In this document: positions 1 to 12,276 of the stretch, piece after piece
How positions within the stretch are numbered: position 1 is the stretch's first letter
How the letters are laid out: every line of letters starts with the position of its first letter
Source: Paraglomus brasilianum
Taxonomy: Eukaryota
Assembly: GCA_910592345.1 (NCBI GenBank)
Contig: CAJVPI010000001.1
Location: 124,001 to 153,200 of the forward strand
Reading direction: 5' to 3'
Length of the DNA: 29,200 nucleotides
Translations under genes and position numbers: made by a program
Notes under the pieces: generated by a model
Database searches by the model: none
Told to the model about the DNA's origin: nothing
The model's input: the letters and a program-made list of their open reading frames with translations, nothing else

Positions 1-68
1 ATAATTTATATTATAAGAAACGCCCATGTTTGTCACGTTTCTAATTACATATCCCATTTTCTTATTAG

Positions 69-587
69 ATTTAAATAATTGAGGTAGTCCCTGAACCCGA
101 CAATCGACAAACAAATCATAATTTCAATTGTTGTGTCGTAAAGATGCCAAAGTATCTGTCTCTGCTTCAGCAATGTAAATGGATCTTGTCGACTTGCGTT
201 GGACCAAAGGTACACCATACAAATTATTTGAAACACATATTCTTAAGCCATTTGTCTAAATTGCCGTTGTGTTTTGTAGATTGTTTGTTCGGCGTTTGAG
301 GACGACGATTAATTAATGTCGTATTCAAACACTCAACAGTGTTTCTCCCGTAAAAGACTTTGTTTGTTACGAGCTATATACAATAGCGTGTCGTTCTTAG
401 AATTTCAAGTAAGTAGATTGCTAACCCCGAGTGCTGAACATAATATTTTTGACTAAATAATCTGATATTTTAGGAAGAACCAGCAAGACTACCACAAACT
501 CTCAGAAATTCGTATTAGATGATGACATTTACTTTGTCGTTGCGGACAATGACAAAAACATCCATTTATTCCAATACGCATCATTTG
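69..587 (+). pseudogene. CFT1: Frameshifted fragment of cleavage and polyadenylation specificity factor subunit 1 (CPSF160/Cft1), C-terminal beta-propeller region; 3 exons
   Basis: Manual translation with frameshifts gives IEVVPEPDNRQTNH, STCVGPK, AIYNSVSFLEFQ|EEPARL and FVLDDDIYFVVADNDKNIHLFQYA, in the order of the CPSF160 C-terminus. GT-AG introns lie at 210-279 and 409-473. There are multiple frameshifts and stops. Confidence 0.85.
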
Positions 588-2387
588 CAAAGCTTTCAAC
601 TGATTGTTGCTCCAAATAACCAAGGGATGGTCGAAATCCCATCATAACAGCTGTTGGGTACAGGGGACGGCTAATGAGACGTTGATATCATTAAAATGGT
701 AATTGGTATTTGTTAATAAGTTTGTTAAACATCGCATATTATTATTATGCGATGTCACACATACAGGATGCATACGTGATATTTTTTACCTCTCTGGCTT
801 ATAACAACTAGGACCTGGAGGATTTCTTTGGTCCGTGAGCACTTAATCGGGTCTGGGGCCAATTTACGCATAGAATAATTATATAAGAATATTCAACAGC
901 AGATTCTTGGTAAACATCACTTCTATACTTTTATTTTCTACCTTTGGGTCTTTACCATATCATTCTTTGCAAGTGTAATTCGATGAATCAGACATATTAC
1001 ATACTTCTTATGACATTACGCATAATGCTTTATTTATTAGCGTATGAAATATAGTCGCAAGCATGGACCATCCAGGCAAGTGACTGAACGCCGATGATTA
1101 TGTTTTGTAAAACATATTTCTGTTTCATTGTTGACAGTGCACCTATTTTATTATTATACGTGCATATTGATGACGCCAACGTTCTATAGATTGTCGGAAT
1201 TAGCTAGATTCTAGTAGATCAATATTTTACATAGCCTTTTTGTCCTCTTGCACGTTCTTCCTAGTTGTACATGACATGCAGTTGCGGACTACAGGCTATA
1301 ATACTGGTTGTCAGTTTTTTAATTAATACTGTAGCGGATGGATTACGCATCAGCAAATTATGCATAAATTTAGCGCACTCAAAGTTGAGTGATCGTCAGG
1401 GTAATCAGCACTAACTCGCAATGATGATGTTATTATGCATCGTATGTTGTCGTATGTTGTCAAGTGTCATGAAAAATAACGCGGGTTGCTTCATCATTAT
1501 ATGCATTGTGTATTGAATATCCAACAGATTCTGATACAAAAGGCCAGTAAGAGGAAAATAAGAGGCAACAATATACCCCATTCTGAATATATAAAGAGCG
1601 AAGGTGGAAACTTTTGGCTAAATATTTAGCGAGATAATTAGAAATGGGTTTATAACCAGGCATGTGTTCAACTGGAAATGTATAGATTACGTGTACGTCA
1701 ACGGAAACCTCATGGAATAAGACTACTTACATGACACTCTTCTGAAACATACTTTGTAATCCAAAATTTATGTCATGTCCGTTAATTGTCGCTATTACAG
1801 AAAAGCCCTGCCATGACCAGGAGTAACACTAAAAATTACTATCGTTATAATTTTTTAACTTACTCTTCAGAATTTGCAGACTGTTTACATCCAAAACTTA
1901 ACCAGAGGATAGCCTTGACTTTGGCTAAACGTGATTTTGCTCACAAGTCCGCATCAATTAAGGCGTATCCAATTCTTGAACGCGACTTTTTCATACCAAG
2001 ATATAAACCCACACTTGTCTTCTGTGTGCTAAACTATTAATTAAATAAATAATTGCGTTTCACAGCCTTAGGAAATACTACTTTAATAGATAGTCTTTAT
2101 AACCCTTCAAGGTAAGGTAATCTTTGGCTAGTAACAAGTCAATATTCTTTCCTCCCCAGTCCGGTCTGATACTCCAACGTCCGCTTAATCATAGCTGGAT
2201 GTTACTTTAACTTCCGTAAGCTGGCTTATCCAGCTTATTTCAGCCTCCTAAGCAATAGACACTTTCGTGCAAGAATAGAATTATTGGAAGAAGATAATTC
2301 CTCCAAGTCAAAGATATATTAATTATAAAAGAGCGATTAATTTCGACGCGTCTTTCTTATATCGTGATCGAATAATTGTAGACAATA

Positions 2388-2500
2388 TACACAGAAAACC
2401 TCGATATAGCGGAGGCTACGGTTCCGACCCTTTTCTCCGTTAAATTGAGATATCTGCTAAATCGAGTTTTCACGATATAGTGATAGTACTCCATTATAGT
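2388..2500 (+). mobile_element. Solo pogo/Tigger-like transposon end
   Basis: TA followed by CACAGAAAACCTCGATATAGCG resembles pogo-type TIRs, and related CGATATAG sub-repeats follow. No matching partner end was found. Confidence 0.4.
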
Positions 2501-3329
2501 CGATCTTCAATTAATATTTAACTAAATTATGAAGGCCTTATTATTATGTCTGATACAGATTGCTAATTATACACCTGTTAAGCTTGGGTTATCATGTTTC
2601 ATTTGCATAATTTTTTTTTGTATGCCGGATAAAGCAATTCACTTTGGAAAGCTAGATTTATGTTCTTTCGATCTCTCATCGTTCATGTGAGACAACTGAC
2701 CAAAAAAATTATGTGTGGCGCAGCGCAAGCAATTACACGTCTTTGTCATTGAAAATTTTGGCGACTAGATGCTGCTAACGATATAACTGTATTTTGCATG
2801 ACAATTTTGAGACATTTAAAAAGGTTATAATTACCAGAAAGGGCAATAATACTAACAATACCAGCAAAATTGCCAAATAATTTATAATAATAATGTGGGG
2901 AACTTAATAACATTATAAATCTCTGGATATAGTCAAGATAAATGTAAACAATTTATGGAGGAAAAATGGCAGACAAATTCCTGATACGGTTATAATTAAT
3001 TTAGCTAACTCTATAAAAACGCTTTTTATTGAAAAAAATCACTATATTACCTTATTGTTAAATAAATCTAGAGGACTCGACGTTTCAAATGAGCCGTTTC
3101 ACATTTATTTTCATCCACTGATCGTTTACCTGCTTCAGTTTTTATTTTTATTTTTTGTTACACACTGTATCTTTACTGTTTATGTCTATTATCTAATTTG
3201 GTCATTGGAAGATACTCGAATTTGAGGAGGATCTGGAGATCAAGTCTATTATGAAAACACCAATATGCACAAACATCAACTAATATAGTAACTATTAGTT
3301 ATTACTTCTCAATATACATTATGAATGTA

Positions 3330-4025
3330 AGTTGTCACTGTTGTAGGAAATGCACGATATCTCGTATACTTCTGTTCTTCTGTCATCTTTGGGCACGCGT
3401 CCTATAGCCCGTATTCGCTTTTTTTTTGTATGTTTGGCGAGCGAGTGACTTGACATTATTTAAAATTTGAACTGGGCTCGTAATTTCAATTGTCTGCTTG
3501 GAGCTTTTTACTGAAAAGACATCATCATCGTCATCATTGGTGTTGCCATCACTGTTCGCCTGCAAACCGAACGGAACATTGTCATTATTATCATTATTTA
3601 AAAGTAATGAATATGCCAGCAGTCTTGCGATTTACCTTGCAACGTTTCAGCCTTGAGAGTAAACTCGGTTGCTGACTGTCGTTAGATAGGCGGGGTTCGT
3701 CTATACCGGTCGAAGAAGACGATAATGGTATTTGGGGATTGTCTAAAGCTTGTGTTAAACGCCGGCTGATATCTCATTGCCGACTAGGAAGCCTTTGTCC
3801 GTCATTCGAACTATTGAGAACTTCTGTTCTAGTAATTTGACTTGTCTGCGAGTGGCGAACGAGAACATGACAATGGATCAAAAAAGGCACAGTGTCTGCA
3901 AGAAAACGCGAGTCAAAATTCTAATTTGGTACCTTTTCGGCAAAAGAGTTAGGGAAAGTCTGTTTCCTGAGCATCATTTCCAAGAGAATTCTGTGAATGA
4001 AATTCGAAGTAAGTTTTCACAAAAT
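3330..4025 (-). pseudogene. Degenerate spliced gene of unknown function (Ser/Asp-rich, low complexity)
   Basis: Coding-like reading ...PSLLSRLKRCK, then a GTAAAT...TTGCAG intron, then ANSDGNTNDDDDDVFSVKSSK. An upstream GTACC...TTGCAG intron and in-frame stops are present. Confidence 0.35.
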
Positions 4026-4109
4026 TAATAGTATGACTAGTTTTTCATTGCTACTCTTTGATTGCCAAGTTATTAATAATGCCTAATAGTGAACCTGTTG
4101 GATACAAAA

Positions 4110-4378
4110 CTTACAGAGTTATTGCCTAGTTCCTTTTGTCTGTAATTGAAGTTGATGCAACACCTTTTTTAAAAGCCAATTGGCCAACCTCAAAAATCAC
4201 ATGATCGAAGATATTGTATTACAATATTATGATATTCTGAACAGTTGTTTTTCCTACACGATATTATTTGGGCTAATTCCGAGTTAGATAATTGAGGGTT
4301 TTTAGCTTTTCGCTGACATATCTCTTGCTTCTGTTTGGCACTCAACGTAACATAAGGTTTTTTTTTCGATCGAGGCAT
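4110..4378 (-). mobile_element. Internally deleted pogo/Tigger (CENP-B-like) transposase relic
   Basis: MPRSKKKPYVTLSAKQKQEICQRKAKNPQLSNSELAQ, then a frameshift into YRVGKTTVQNII, matches a CENP-B/psq-type N-terminal HTH. It is followed directly by a C-terminal-tail-like segment, with no DDE domain. Confidence 0.75.
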
Positions 4379-4626
4379 TTTGAGGAAAAAAATAATGTAT
4401 GATGGGAAAGTTTTAATCGAAATTTTTTATCACAAAAACAATGCAATCGGTCGAATAATCGGCAGAATTCAATCAGTTAATATTAACCCTTGAATGGAAA
4501 TGATTTGACAGTCGGACAATTATAGTATTATTTATATGCACTAGCTTACACTTAATAGTAATAGAGCGAGTTCGATCGAATAAAAGGAAGAAAAATCATA
4601 TTAATATGTTCGGGTCTTACTCAAGA

Positions 4627-4858
4627 CGATCGAATTACCGGAAAGTCGAATTATCGTGGGGTCGAATTATCGGTTACATTTAATTAAACCGTTTATTATT
4701 AATACTAATACATTAATATAATTACATCACAAAATAATCGCTTGTCTTAGAGAATCGGCTTGTTTACTGCTTTAATCGTATGGAGCCGCTGGCCGACTTA
4801 ACGACTTAACATAGGTTGGCCGACTTAAGCCAAAGCCGACTTATCGAGACTGTGTGTT
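4627..4858 (-). mobile_element. pogo-type subterminal repeats and terminal inverted repeat
   Basis: Three TCGAATTA(T/C)CG copies at 4629-4672 and repeated CGACTTA units at 4792-4845, ending in TTATCGAGACTGTGTG. This lies upstream of the HTH relic and truncates the neighbouring coiled-coil gene relic. Confidence 0.6.
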
Positions 4859-4859
4859 A

Positions 4860-6115
4860 TGATTCACAGCTGCTTGGTTTGCCAAATCCTGATAATATTG
4901 AGCAGCTCTATTCAGTGTTTGCTCAATTAATTGCCTATGCTGTGAGAAGAATCGAAATCGTTAGTTCAGTTGACTGTTTGGTTCCCAAAGCTTTTGACTG
5001 TGTAATATTGTTCGTACCGTACCTTACTATAACACTGGCAAGTTCTACCAAAAGCTTATCATGCTCTCGGTGCAAAATCTCACACTCAAGCTGCAAGTCG
5101 TTAAATCGTCAGCCTATTGCGGGTGTCAAAAATTAGAATGATATAGATAACCGGTTGTTTCGGTCAATCATAAAACATGAGCACAAACCTTTTTCTCGTC
5201 TAATTTCCTTTGAAGGTCTTGCTCACGAAGATTGTAATTCATACAGTTTCTCTCAAAGATTTGCAACATTAAAGCATGCTGTCTTGCTAGATCCATGTCT
5301 GGACAGTCAGAGGTTCCGATAGCCACTATAATATTACGTGCCAGTTGGCTCATAAGTAAGAAAGAATTTATCGATACAGTAATTAGGAGTTGGAAATGTA
5401 CCTGTCCATCTGTTAATATAAATCCGCCCAGGCAACAGTTCATAACATCTGGGCAGACAACAACAGCTGCCATCCCAGAGTTTTCTCTTTCTTTTATACT
5501 CACTCTTTTGCATTCATAGAATAAGGCAGGAGGGGAGGCACAACGGAGGATGTCAGAGAATGTATCTCCCGAAACTGAGAGTCACTGTGATTGATGTTGC
5601 ATTAACTGTTAGTCCGTTGGTAGCCGCCGTGTTATCCATCATAAACGAAAATATCAAACCTGTGCTTTTCCAAATCCTTTTCTTGTATGACTTCATCCAG
5701 TTGCTGTCTTAACAACTGTATTTCGGTTTGCTGTTTGAGAAATTTTTTGACTTTAGAAAGCCTATATAGTGGAAGCGTACGAGTATTAGGAACCTTGACA
5801 TAATGACCATGCGTACAACCAGTAAAGCCTTGACATTATGACGTACCGTTCATCTTTCTTCATATAAGCATTTACAAGACGCGAAATCTCTTCGCGTGAG
5901 GCTTCTGAAGTAAGCTCGGCGTTGTGAAGATCGGGACGACAACTTCTTGACACTATAATATGAGCGAAACTGAGTACAAAAATTGACAACATAGCCTGAA
6001 TCCCAAATTTCTTTAACACATACCACTTTTAAGCTCTTCTATGTGTTTGATTTTATCGGCCTCGCGCATTCTCTTCAACTGAGCGCAAGAAGACTCGAGC
6101 TCTGCCGCTTTGATG
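4860..6115 (-). pseudogene. Multi-exon coiled-coil protein gene relic (left copy)
   Basis: Exon-like segments ELTSEASREEISRLVNAYMKKDER, NYNLREQDLQRKLDEKK, RFNDLQLECEILHREHDKLLVEL and HRQLIEQTLNRAAQYYQDLANQAAV are separated by GT-AG introns. Frameshifts are present. Confidence 0.55.
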
Positions 6116-7272
6116 GATTCCGTGGGAATAAAATCAACGACAGATAAATATTATACTATGGATTATATATAGTATGGATCTACTACAAATTAACGTTAAA
6201 ACTGATCTACAAATATTGGCGCGCGGGAAGTTATAATAATAAAGTGCCGAATATTAATAGCACAAATTTATCCGAAGATCAAGTTGTCAACGACTTTACA
6301 AAAGAAAGAGATTTGCAAACGTCTAATGCAAACGTGCTGTTTTTGATTATTGACAAATTTAATAAATACACTGAGTTTCTAGTTTATATCGGTTTTTTCG
6401 ATAAAACGGTTTGTCGGCTGTCGCATGGAATCAGTTATATCAACTTTATTGTCATCAAGCGGCAGAGCTTGAGTTTTCTCGCGCTCAGTTGAAGAGACTG
6501 CAGGAAGAGCGCGAAGGAGGACGACATGCAACACGAAGAAGGGTAGAAAATCAGAGGGTTGAAAATATACAGAGAGCTCGCGGAAGAATATACAACCCAC
6601 CCTGCCCAGTCCTGGCGGGATCGAGCACTTAGAACAGTCGTCCAGTCAGTAGAGGAGGAGTCCGCCATCGAGTATAATAATCCCGGCGTCGACGAGTATA
6701 ATCCCAGTCGTAATCCCAGTCGTAATCCCAGTCGTAATCCCAGTCGTAATCCCAGCATCGAGCATTGTAGTAAGCAGCAGCGGAAAGAAGGCACTAGAGT
6801 GAAGTGGCCATCGACTGGAATATTAATATAGACAACGAGGCCGACAAAATCAAGCACATAGAGAGCTTGAAGTGAAGAGCGGTATGTGTTAAAGAAATTT
6901 GGGATTCAGGCTATGTTGTCAATTTTTGTACTCAGTTTCGCTCATATTATAGTGTCAAGAAACTGTCGACCGATCTCCAGAATGCCATACTTACTTAGAA
7001 GCCTCACGCGAAGAGATTTCGCATCTCATAAGTGCTTGTATGGAGAAGGATAAGCGGTATGTCATAATATCAAGACTTTACTGGTTGTACACATGGTCAT
7101 TATGTCAAGGTTCTTAATACTTGTATGCTTCAACTATGTAGGCTTTCTGCAGTCAAAACAGCGTTCCCAACTTACGAAATGATCGGGCAGAGAAATTACG
7201 ACTGGAAACCGAATTACAGTTGTTAAGACAGCAACTGGACAAGGCATACAAGAAAAAGAATTAGAAAAGCAC
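5661..7272. repeat. Long inverted duplication (arms ~5661-6115 and ~6453-7272)
   Basis: For example, GGTATGTGTTAAAGAAATTTGGGATTCAGGCTATGTTGTCAATTTTTGTACTCAGTTTCGCTCATATTATAGTGTCAAGAA at ~6881-6961 is the reverse complement of ~5944-6024. The left arm lacks the ~6500-6835 segment. Confidence 0.95.
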
Positions 7273-7425
7273 AATTTTTCAGCCGCTCCGGCATTATCGC
7301 TATGGCCTTCGGCACCCGCACTAGAATCATCGCTATGGCCCTCAGCGCCCGCATTATCAGTAAATGTCAATAGTGTCCTTGGCACCCACAGCATCGTCAA
7401 AATAGTGCGGACTAACAGTTCATGA
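6277..7425 (+). pseudogene. Coiled-coil protein gene relic (right copy, paralogous and inverted relative to the left copy)
   Basis: HQAAELEFSRAQLKRLQEERE shifts frame into KIYRELAEEYTTHPAQSW. It shares exons and introns with the 4860-6115 copy and has stops and frameshifts. Confidence 0.55.
6699..6755 (+). repeat. 12-bp tandem repeat (TAATCCCAGTCG) x4.75, encoding NPSR repeats
   Basis: Directly visible perfect copies. Confidence 0.97.
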
Positions 7426-8299
7426 GAAGTTCTCAGAATTCTGTTTTTCTCTAATAATTTTGTATTTTGGTCCGTTATCCCGATAAGCTGTTCTTGATCC
7501 ATCAATAGTAGCATTCTTAATGACAGTATACTGATGGGGATAATAACAGTAAATAAGAAATATGACAATAATTACGGACGCTCTTGTGCTATTCTATCAG
7601 TTCATGTTAAGGACGTCGAATTCTAATTAATAAATTATAAATACGCGTCTATCTGAGAAAGAGTGTGTCGAAATATCGAATACTTTGATTTTATGTGATC
7701 GATTCGTTCTTAGAATCGAACCGTTGCCATCTAACAAGTGTTTCAAAAATTTTAACGCGTTCGCTGAATATTGAGAGTTTGATTTCTGCCACTCAGTATG
7801 CTGGTAAGTTGGTTGAGCGTTGATTGCTAGAATTGTATGGGATCCCAAATCATGTCAACCGAAAAGAACAAATATTCCACAACCTTTCTCAAGTGACAAT
7901 GTAAGTAGTCTTACCAGATTCTCGATTTTACAGTAATCTCGTCTTGCCATTTATTCACGGCACTCACAATTATGTCAAATTCATTAATTTTATCACCGGT
8001 TCGAATGTTGTCGCCTGTTTGTTCAAGCGTGGCGTTTCGACGTCAACTTTATTTGTGAGTTTCATTTGTAATTGCGTTGGTGAATTGAGGGGAGTTGATG
8101 TATTCGACGACGAGTTTCCGGATGTACGATCACTCATCTTCATAATCCGTCGATGCTTTCCGCACCCCGCCATAAGCCTATTATCGCTCTGGACGAAAAA
8201 CGCGATCTGTGGCCGCTTCATTTCGAAAAAAAAAGACGTAATAATATCCCCCGACCGCTGATGGACACTAAGGGCCCCTCTGTACCTGCGGGACGCGAC

Positions 8300-11200
8300 C
8301 TTACGGATGACAACTTGTGTAGCAGTAGGAACCTTTTCACAAGATACAAACATTAGCCTGTTATCTTCAAATACCAGACATATAAACTTGATCACATACC
8401 ATCCCCGAATCATGAAGAAGTACACCGTTCGGTTCATCAGCAGGGCTTTTACGATACCACGCCGGAGACTTTTCAGGTTTAAATTTTGGTTCTACACATA
8501 TATATGGTCGCGTCGTTCACAATTGTAGTTGACAGTCACATAATCCAATTTTTGAGCGATGAAGGCCTTCATAACCCTTTCGTCTATAAAAAGATGGCCT
8601 TAGTATGTATAAGTTATGTAATGCATACACAGAACTTCTTTACATACAGATTGTTGTCGACTGAACACCCGGGTGACTTGGGCCGTCCAAATTGCTTCAC
8701 AGGTCCGCCGTCTCGGAGAATGATAAAACTTGTTCCAACATGGTTATGGTGGCATAAGTGTCTTTGACTAAATGATAAAAGAACAGGGTTTAGTGTGTCT
8801 TGTCTCGAGGTATCCGACCAAACCAGAGTCGCGCAGGCTATTATCAAAAACTTGCTTTACAATCCGAGTCTAACTATTGTAAAGTGCGGGAACAACCCCT
8901 GAGCACGGATTTATGATGCCTACTAATGAGGTCCGCAATTAACAAACCTATAAAGCTTACTTTTGAATCGACTCAGACATTCAAGCCAAAATCGCTGGAT
9001 TCGAAAAGCATTTCTTGTGGCTATATTAAACCGGTTGGAGACCCTAAAATCGACAGATAATTGCGTAAGAATCTTGACTATTCTATCCACCAGTATGTTC
9101 GATGTACTAACCGGTTTTTGCAGCACGGACCGGGTGGATCTTTAAAGCGCGACGGCCTTTGCACTGGTCATATTACATGTCTGTTTCTGGATTTGACATA
9201 GCGACATTAACGTATCATGACCATATCATCTGAGAGATAACACATGCACCATTCGGATCGTATCGCTAGATTAGCCTCTCTCAAAGTCTTTGTCAATTTG
9301 GAAGCCTTGATATATTGACCGGCGGAGGTAGTTTTACACCATTTCTTGCTGCATTCTTCAGATACGCTTGGATATTTTTACTTTTCAGTAAATTTTCGCT
9401 ATCATTATTAACCAAAACCCAATTGATGTTAAAGTCCTTAATAGAGTCATGAACGTCTTCTGCAGCGCGATTGATGTCAGGAAGTGCTAATGGTATTACA
9501 ATCACTCCGTAGCTACAAGTCCATGTGGAAGGAGAACCAGTACATGTGTGTCTTGATTACAGCCTTTCTTTGCTAAATGAGAGGCAATAGTAACAATCTT
9601 GGCGTTAAATTTTTTCCAAGACACTGCCTTCCCTTCACGGCTGCGATTATCGACCGTTATACAAGCTGCTGGACAGATCATACTACAATATAACCGAGCC
9701 CCTGATGCACGTACAAATTGTTTATTATTTGATCAGCAAGAGCGGGTAGTGCTCCTCTCTCCAGTGATGATTCAGCAATCAGTACAGAAAGATGCTCATC
9801 GTTCACATAACCACACTAAAATCGTCATGAGGCAGCATTTAACAAATGATTGTAAAAGTGTCAAGCACATTGCCATTATAGACTTACCATACACGTATAT
9901 CCCATTAACAGAGGTCATGACAATAATTTGCAAGTCCCTTGTGAAAAACTTCAGTAGCCGGACAAGATCCATTGGCAAGCTGTCCAATACGATCCTCGTA
10001 AAGGCCAAATCCAACCAACTGTCTTTCAATGAGTGTCTCCAGAAAACCAGATCTCAAAAGTTGTTATCGAATGGCTTTCCGAAGTTGCCAGAAACCACCA
10101 ATCAGACAAGGAGAGTCAACCCAAATTTCTCCTACGGTATTTGGGAGACAAAAAGCTGATGTCTCGGGATCAACAGTGGCAATAGTTGCTACGAAATAAA
10201 TACAGTTAACTCCAATCCGAACATTTACATTTTAACCTCAACATTTCTTACTACCTTCTTGCATGACAAAACCAAATGCTCATTCCTTTTCGCAAGAACG
10301 GCATCTTCTGAAGCGACCACTACAACATTGTTGTTTCTTAATGCTTCGCGATCAAGCAAAATTTCTCGGGTATGTCTTTGGCCTCGCAAACGTTCGTCTA
10401 AGCCTTCCACACCAATTAGATCTCCGAAACACAAGATCATTCCCCCGTATTGAGATAAGCTATTTGGAGTGGCAAGCACGTCTCGAGGATATTGGATACC
10501 AGTTTAAGAAGACGGTCAACAATCTCATCATTCTTATCAACGTCAATAGTCAAAGTGTCAGAAGCAGTCTTAAAGACGACGAATCTGCTGGATCATTCTT
10601 GAAAGACGAAACGACGGGTTGAAGACCTGGATAATCGGCCAAAGCAATGGTAACTAGAATAGGACAACATTCGAAGAGAATGATTAACGTATGAATTGAG
10701 TGCCCTTATAATACACTCCTTCGTAGGTGCAAGTCAACGATTACCTTTATATCTAGAGACACAATTAACCCATAATCCAGGCGTATCTGGAGCAAGATTT
10801 CCAAGGAAAACCGTCATGTTCCCATAATAAACTCCCCATAATGCTGCCTAATATTAAACCAACTTGTTGTTGTAGCACATCTGACCGTATATAAGGAATC
10901 CGCAACGTTTTCCATGTTTGCTTGAAATTTCTTTTCAACTGCTACTCCTCATTACCAGACACTATTGCATTATTGTCTTGTGATTAATGACGACTCCTTT
11001 GAGCTCGCCGTTTGGACTTTTTGTAAATTCAATAGTATGCCAATTCTGCATTATGATCTTCCTTTTTTCTTAGGATAAATAACCTCCAATATCGTTTGTC
11101 TTTAACCATTCGACACGACTAGGTATTCCTTTTTCTGAGCGGCCAAATCTCTTACAAACACTTTAAGGTTATTATCGAGTATATCAGTCAACTCTTCAAA

Positions 11201-11458
11201 CTGTTCTGCTGCATTAATAGGTACAGCTACCTTTCCAGCAATGAAACAACTATAAAGAGCTATGATAAAATCCATTCTTTTTGATTTACGATGAATAAGT
11301 GCTACGCGATCTTTCCCGATTACTTTATTTAAAGTCATTGATAATTCCTCTGCACGTGACGAATATTTTCTCCCATGACCACGCAGCAATCTCTTTCCCC
11401 AGGTGATGGTTGATGGAAGCACTGAATCGTCTTTGTCGCTTGTGATATCGTGAACCAA
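8300..11458 (-). pseudogene. CPS1: DIP2/Cps1-like tandem adenylate-forming (acyl-CoA ligase-like) gene, heavily decayed
   Basis: Motifs occur in order across frames. First domain: STITWGK, DRVALIHRKS...FIIALYSCFIAGKVAVPIN, IEFTKSPNGELKGVVINHKTIM (A3/P-loop), TPGLWVNCVSRYK, VTIALADYPGL, EILLDREALRNN, VDPET, GEIWVDSPCLIGGFW, GLYEDRI. Second domain: VSWKKFNAKI, HDTLMSLCQIQKQTC, LNLKSLRRGIV, LLHDSGM|VP. Introns are retained, with many stops and indels. Confidence 0.85.
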
Positions 11459-11589
11459 GATGCGAAATTTATTTAAGAGCTAGCATTCAACTTATTGAAT
11501 AACCTTCTATCTAAGATTAATATAGGTATAGGGCTATCTCTATATAATAATATAATATAAAACTCATTTACATTAAATCCACCATGGAA

Positions 11590-12276
11590 CCAAAGAATTA
11601 CAGCACTATTAGAAGTATTTTAAAGAAAGAACAAGGAGAAAAATTGCTCCATACGTTTTTAAAATCAATGATACCAAAATTCGCAAGGGAATTTGAATAT
11701 CCGGAGTTTTGGCTGCATGGATCCGATACAATAAATTTCAACCCCCCTCAAAAAGACGCGGCAGTCTTGTAAATAATCTGATAATTGGGATTTTATACTG
11801 CATGAGGCTTTCCCAAGAATTATTAGCTTGCATGGAGGAAATACTCGGACCCGAAGCCATTGATGAGTATCCCTATACTTTGGTCATTCTAGTGAATCTA
11901 TGCTATATATTATTGGTAATATTATTAAAAAATTCAGCCTCCCTTCGATAGTTTTTCTCGAGAATTGGCCTTTTAGAACCAAAGCGATATAATGCTTTTT
12001 CTTCCGCGTACTTTATAGTATTTTATAACCATTTTGTTGAATCCAGCTCAGACGTTTTATCAAGTAAATTGCTAAGACCTTCCCACAAACATGTTATACT
12101 TGATAAGTATTTTCGCTCAACGAGCAGCTGATAATTTGATTCAATTGTCCTTGGTTTTATCGCTTGAAAAAGCGTTTGAGTTATGATGCGTACTACTTGA
12201 TTGTGAGTTTATAGCAGAACGAAGTACCAGCGATAAACGTGGTCAGCAGCAGTAACTCGATAGCGAAAGTCAACAT
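11590..12276 (-). pseudogene. Possible degenerate secreted-protein ORF
   Basis: The ATG at 12276 starts a signal-peptide-like MLTFAIELLLLTTFIAGTSFC. Long protein-like frames follow, broken by stops. No family was recognised. Confidence 0.25.

Noticed and set aside
600..2040. Coding-like spliced relic after the CPSF160 fragment
   Set aside because: Splice-like signals are present, but it is too degraded to assign a frame or family.
6435..6857. 140-aa minus-strand ORF with LGLR repeats
   Set aside because: It is the antisense shadow of the plus-strand relic and its 12-bp repeat.
9599..10622. Plus-strand ORFs of 186 and 119 aa
   Set aside because: They are antisense to the DIP2/Cps1 pseudogene and have no recognisable features.
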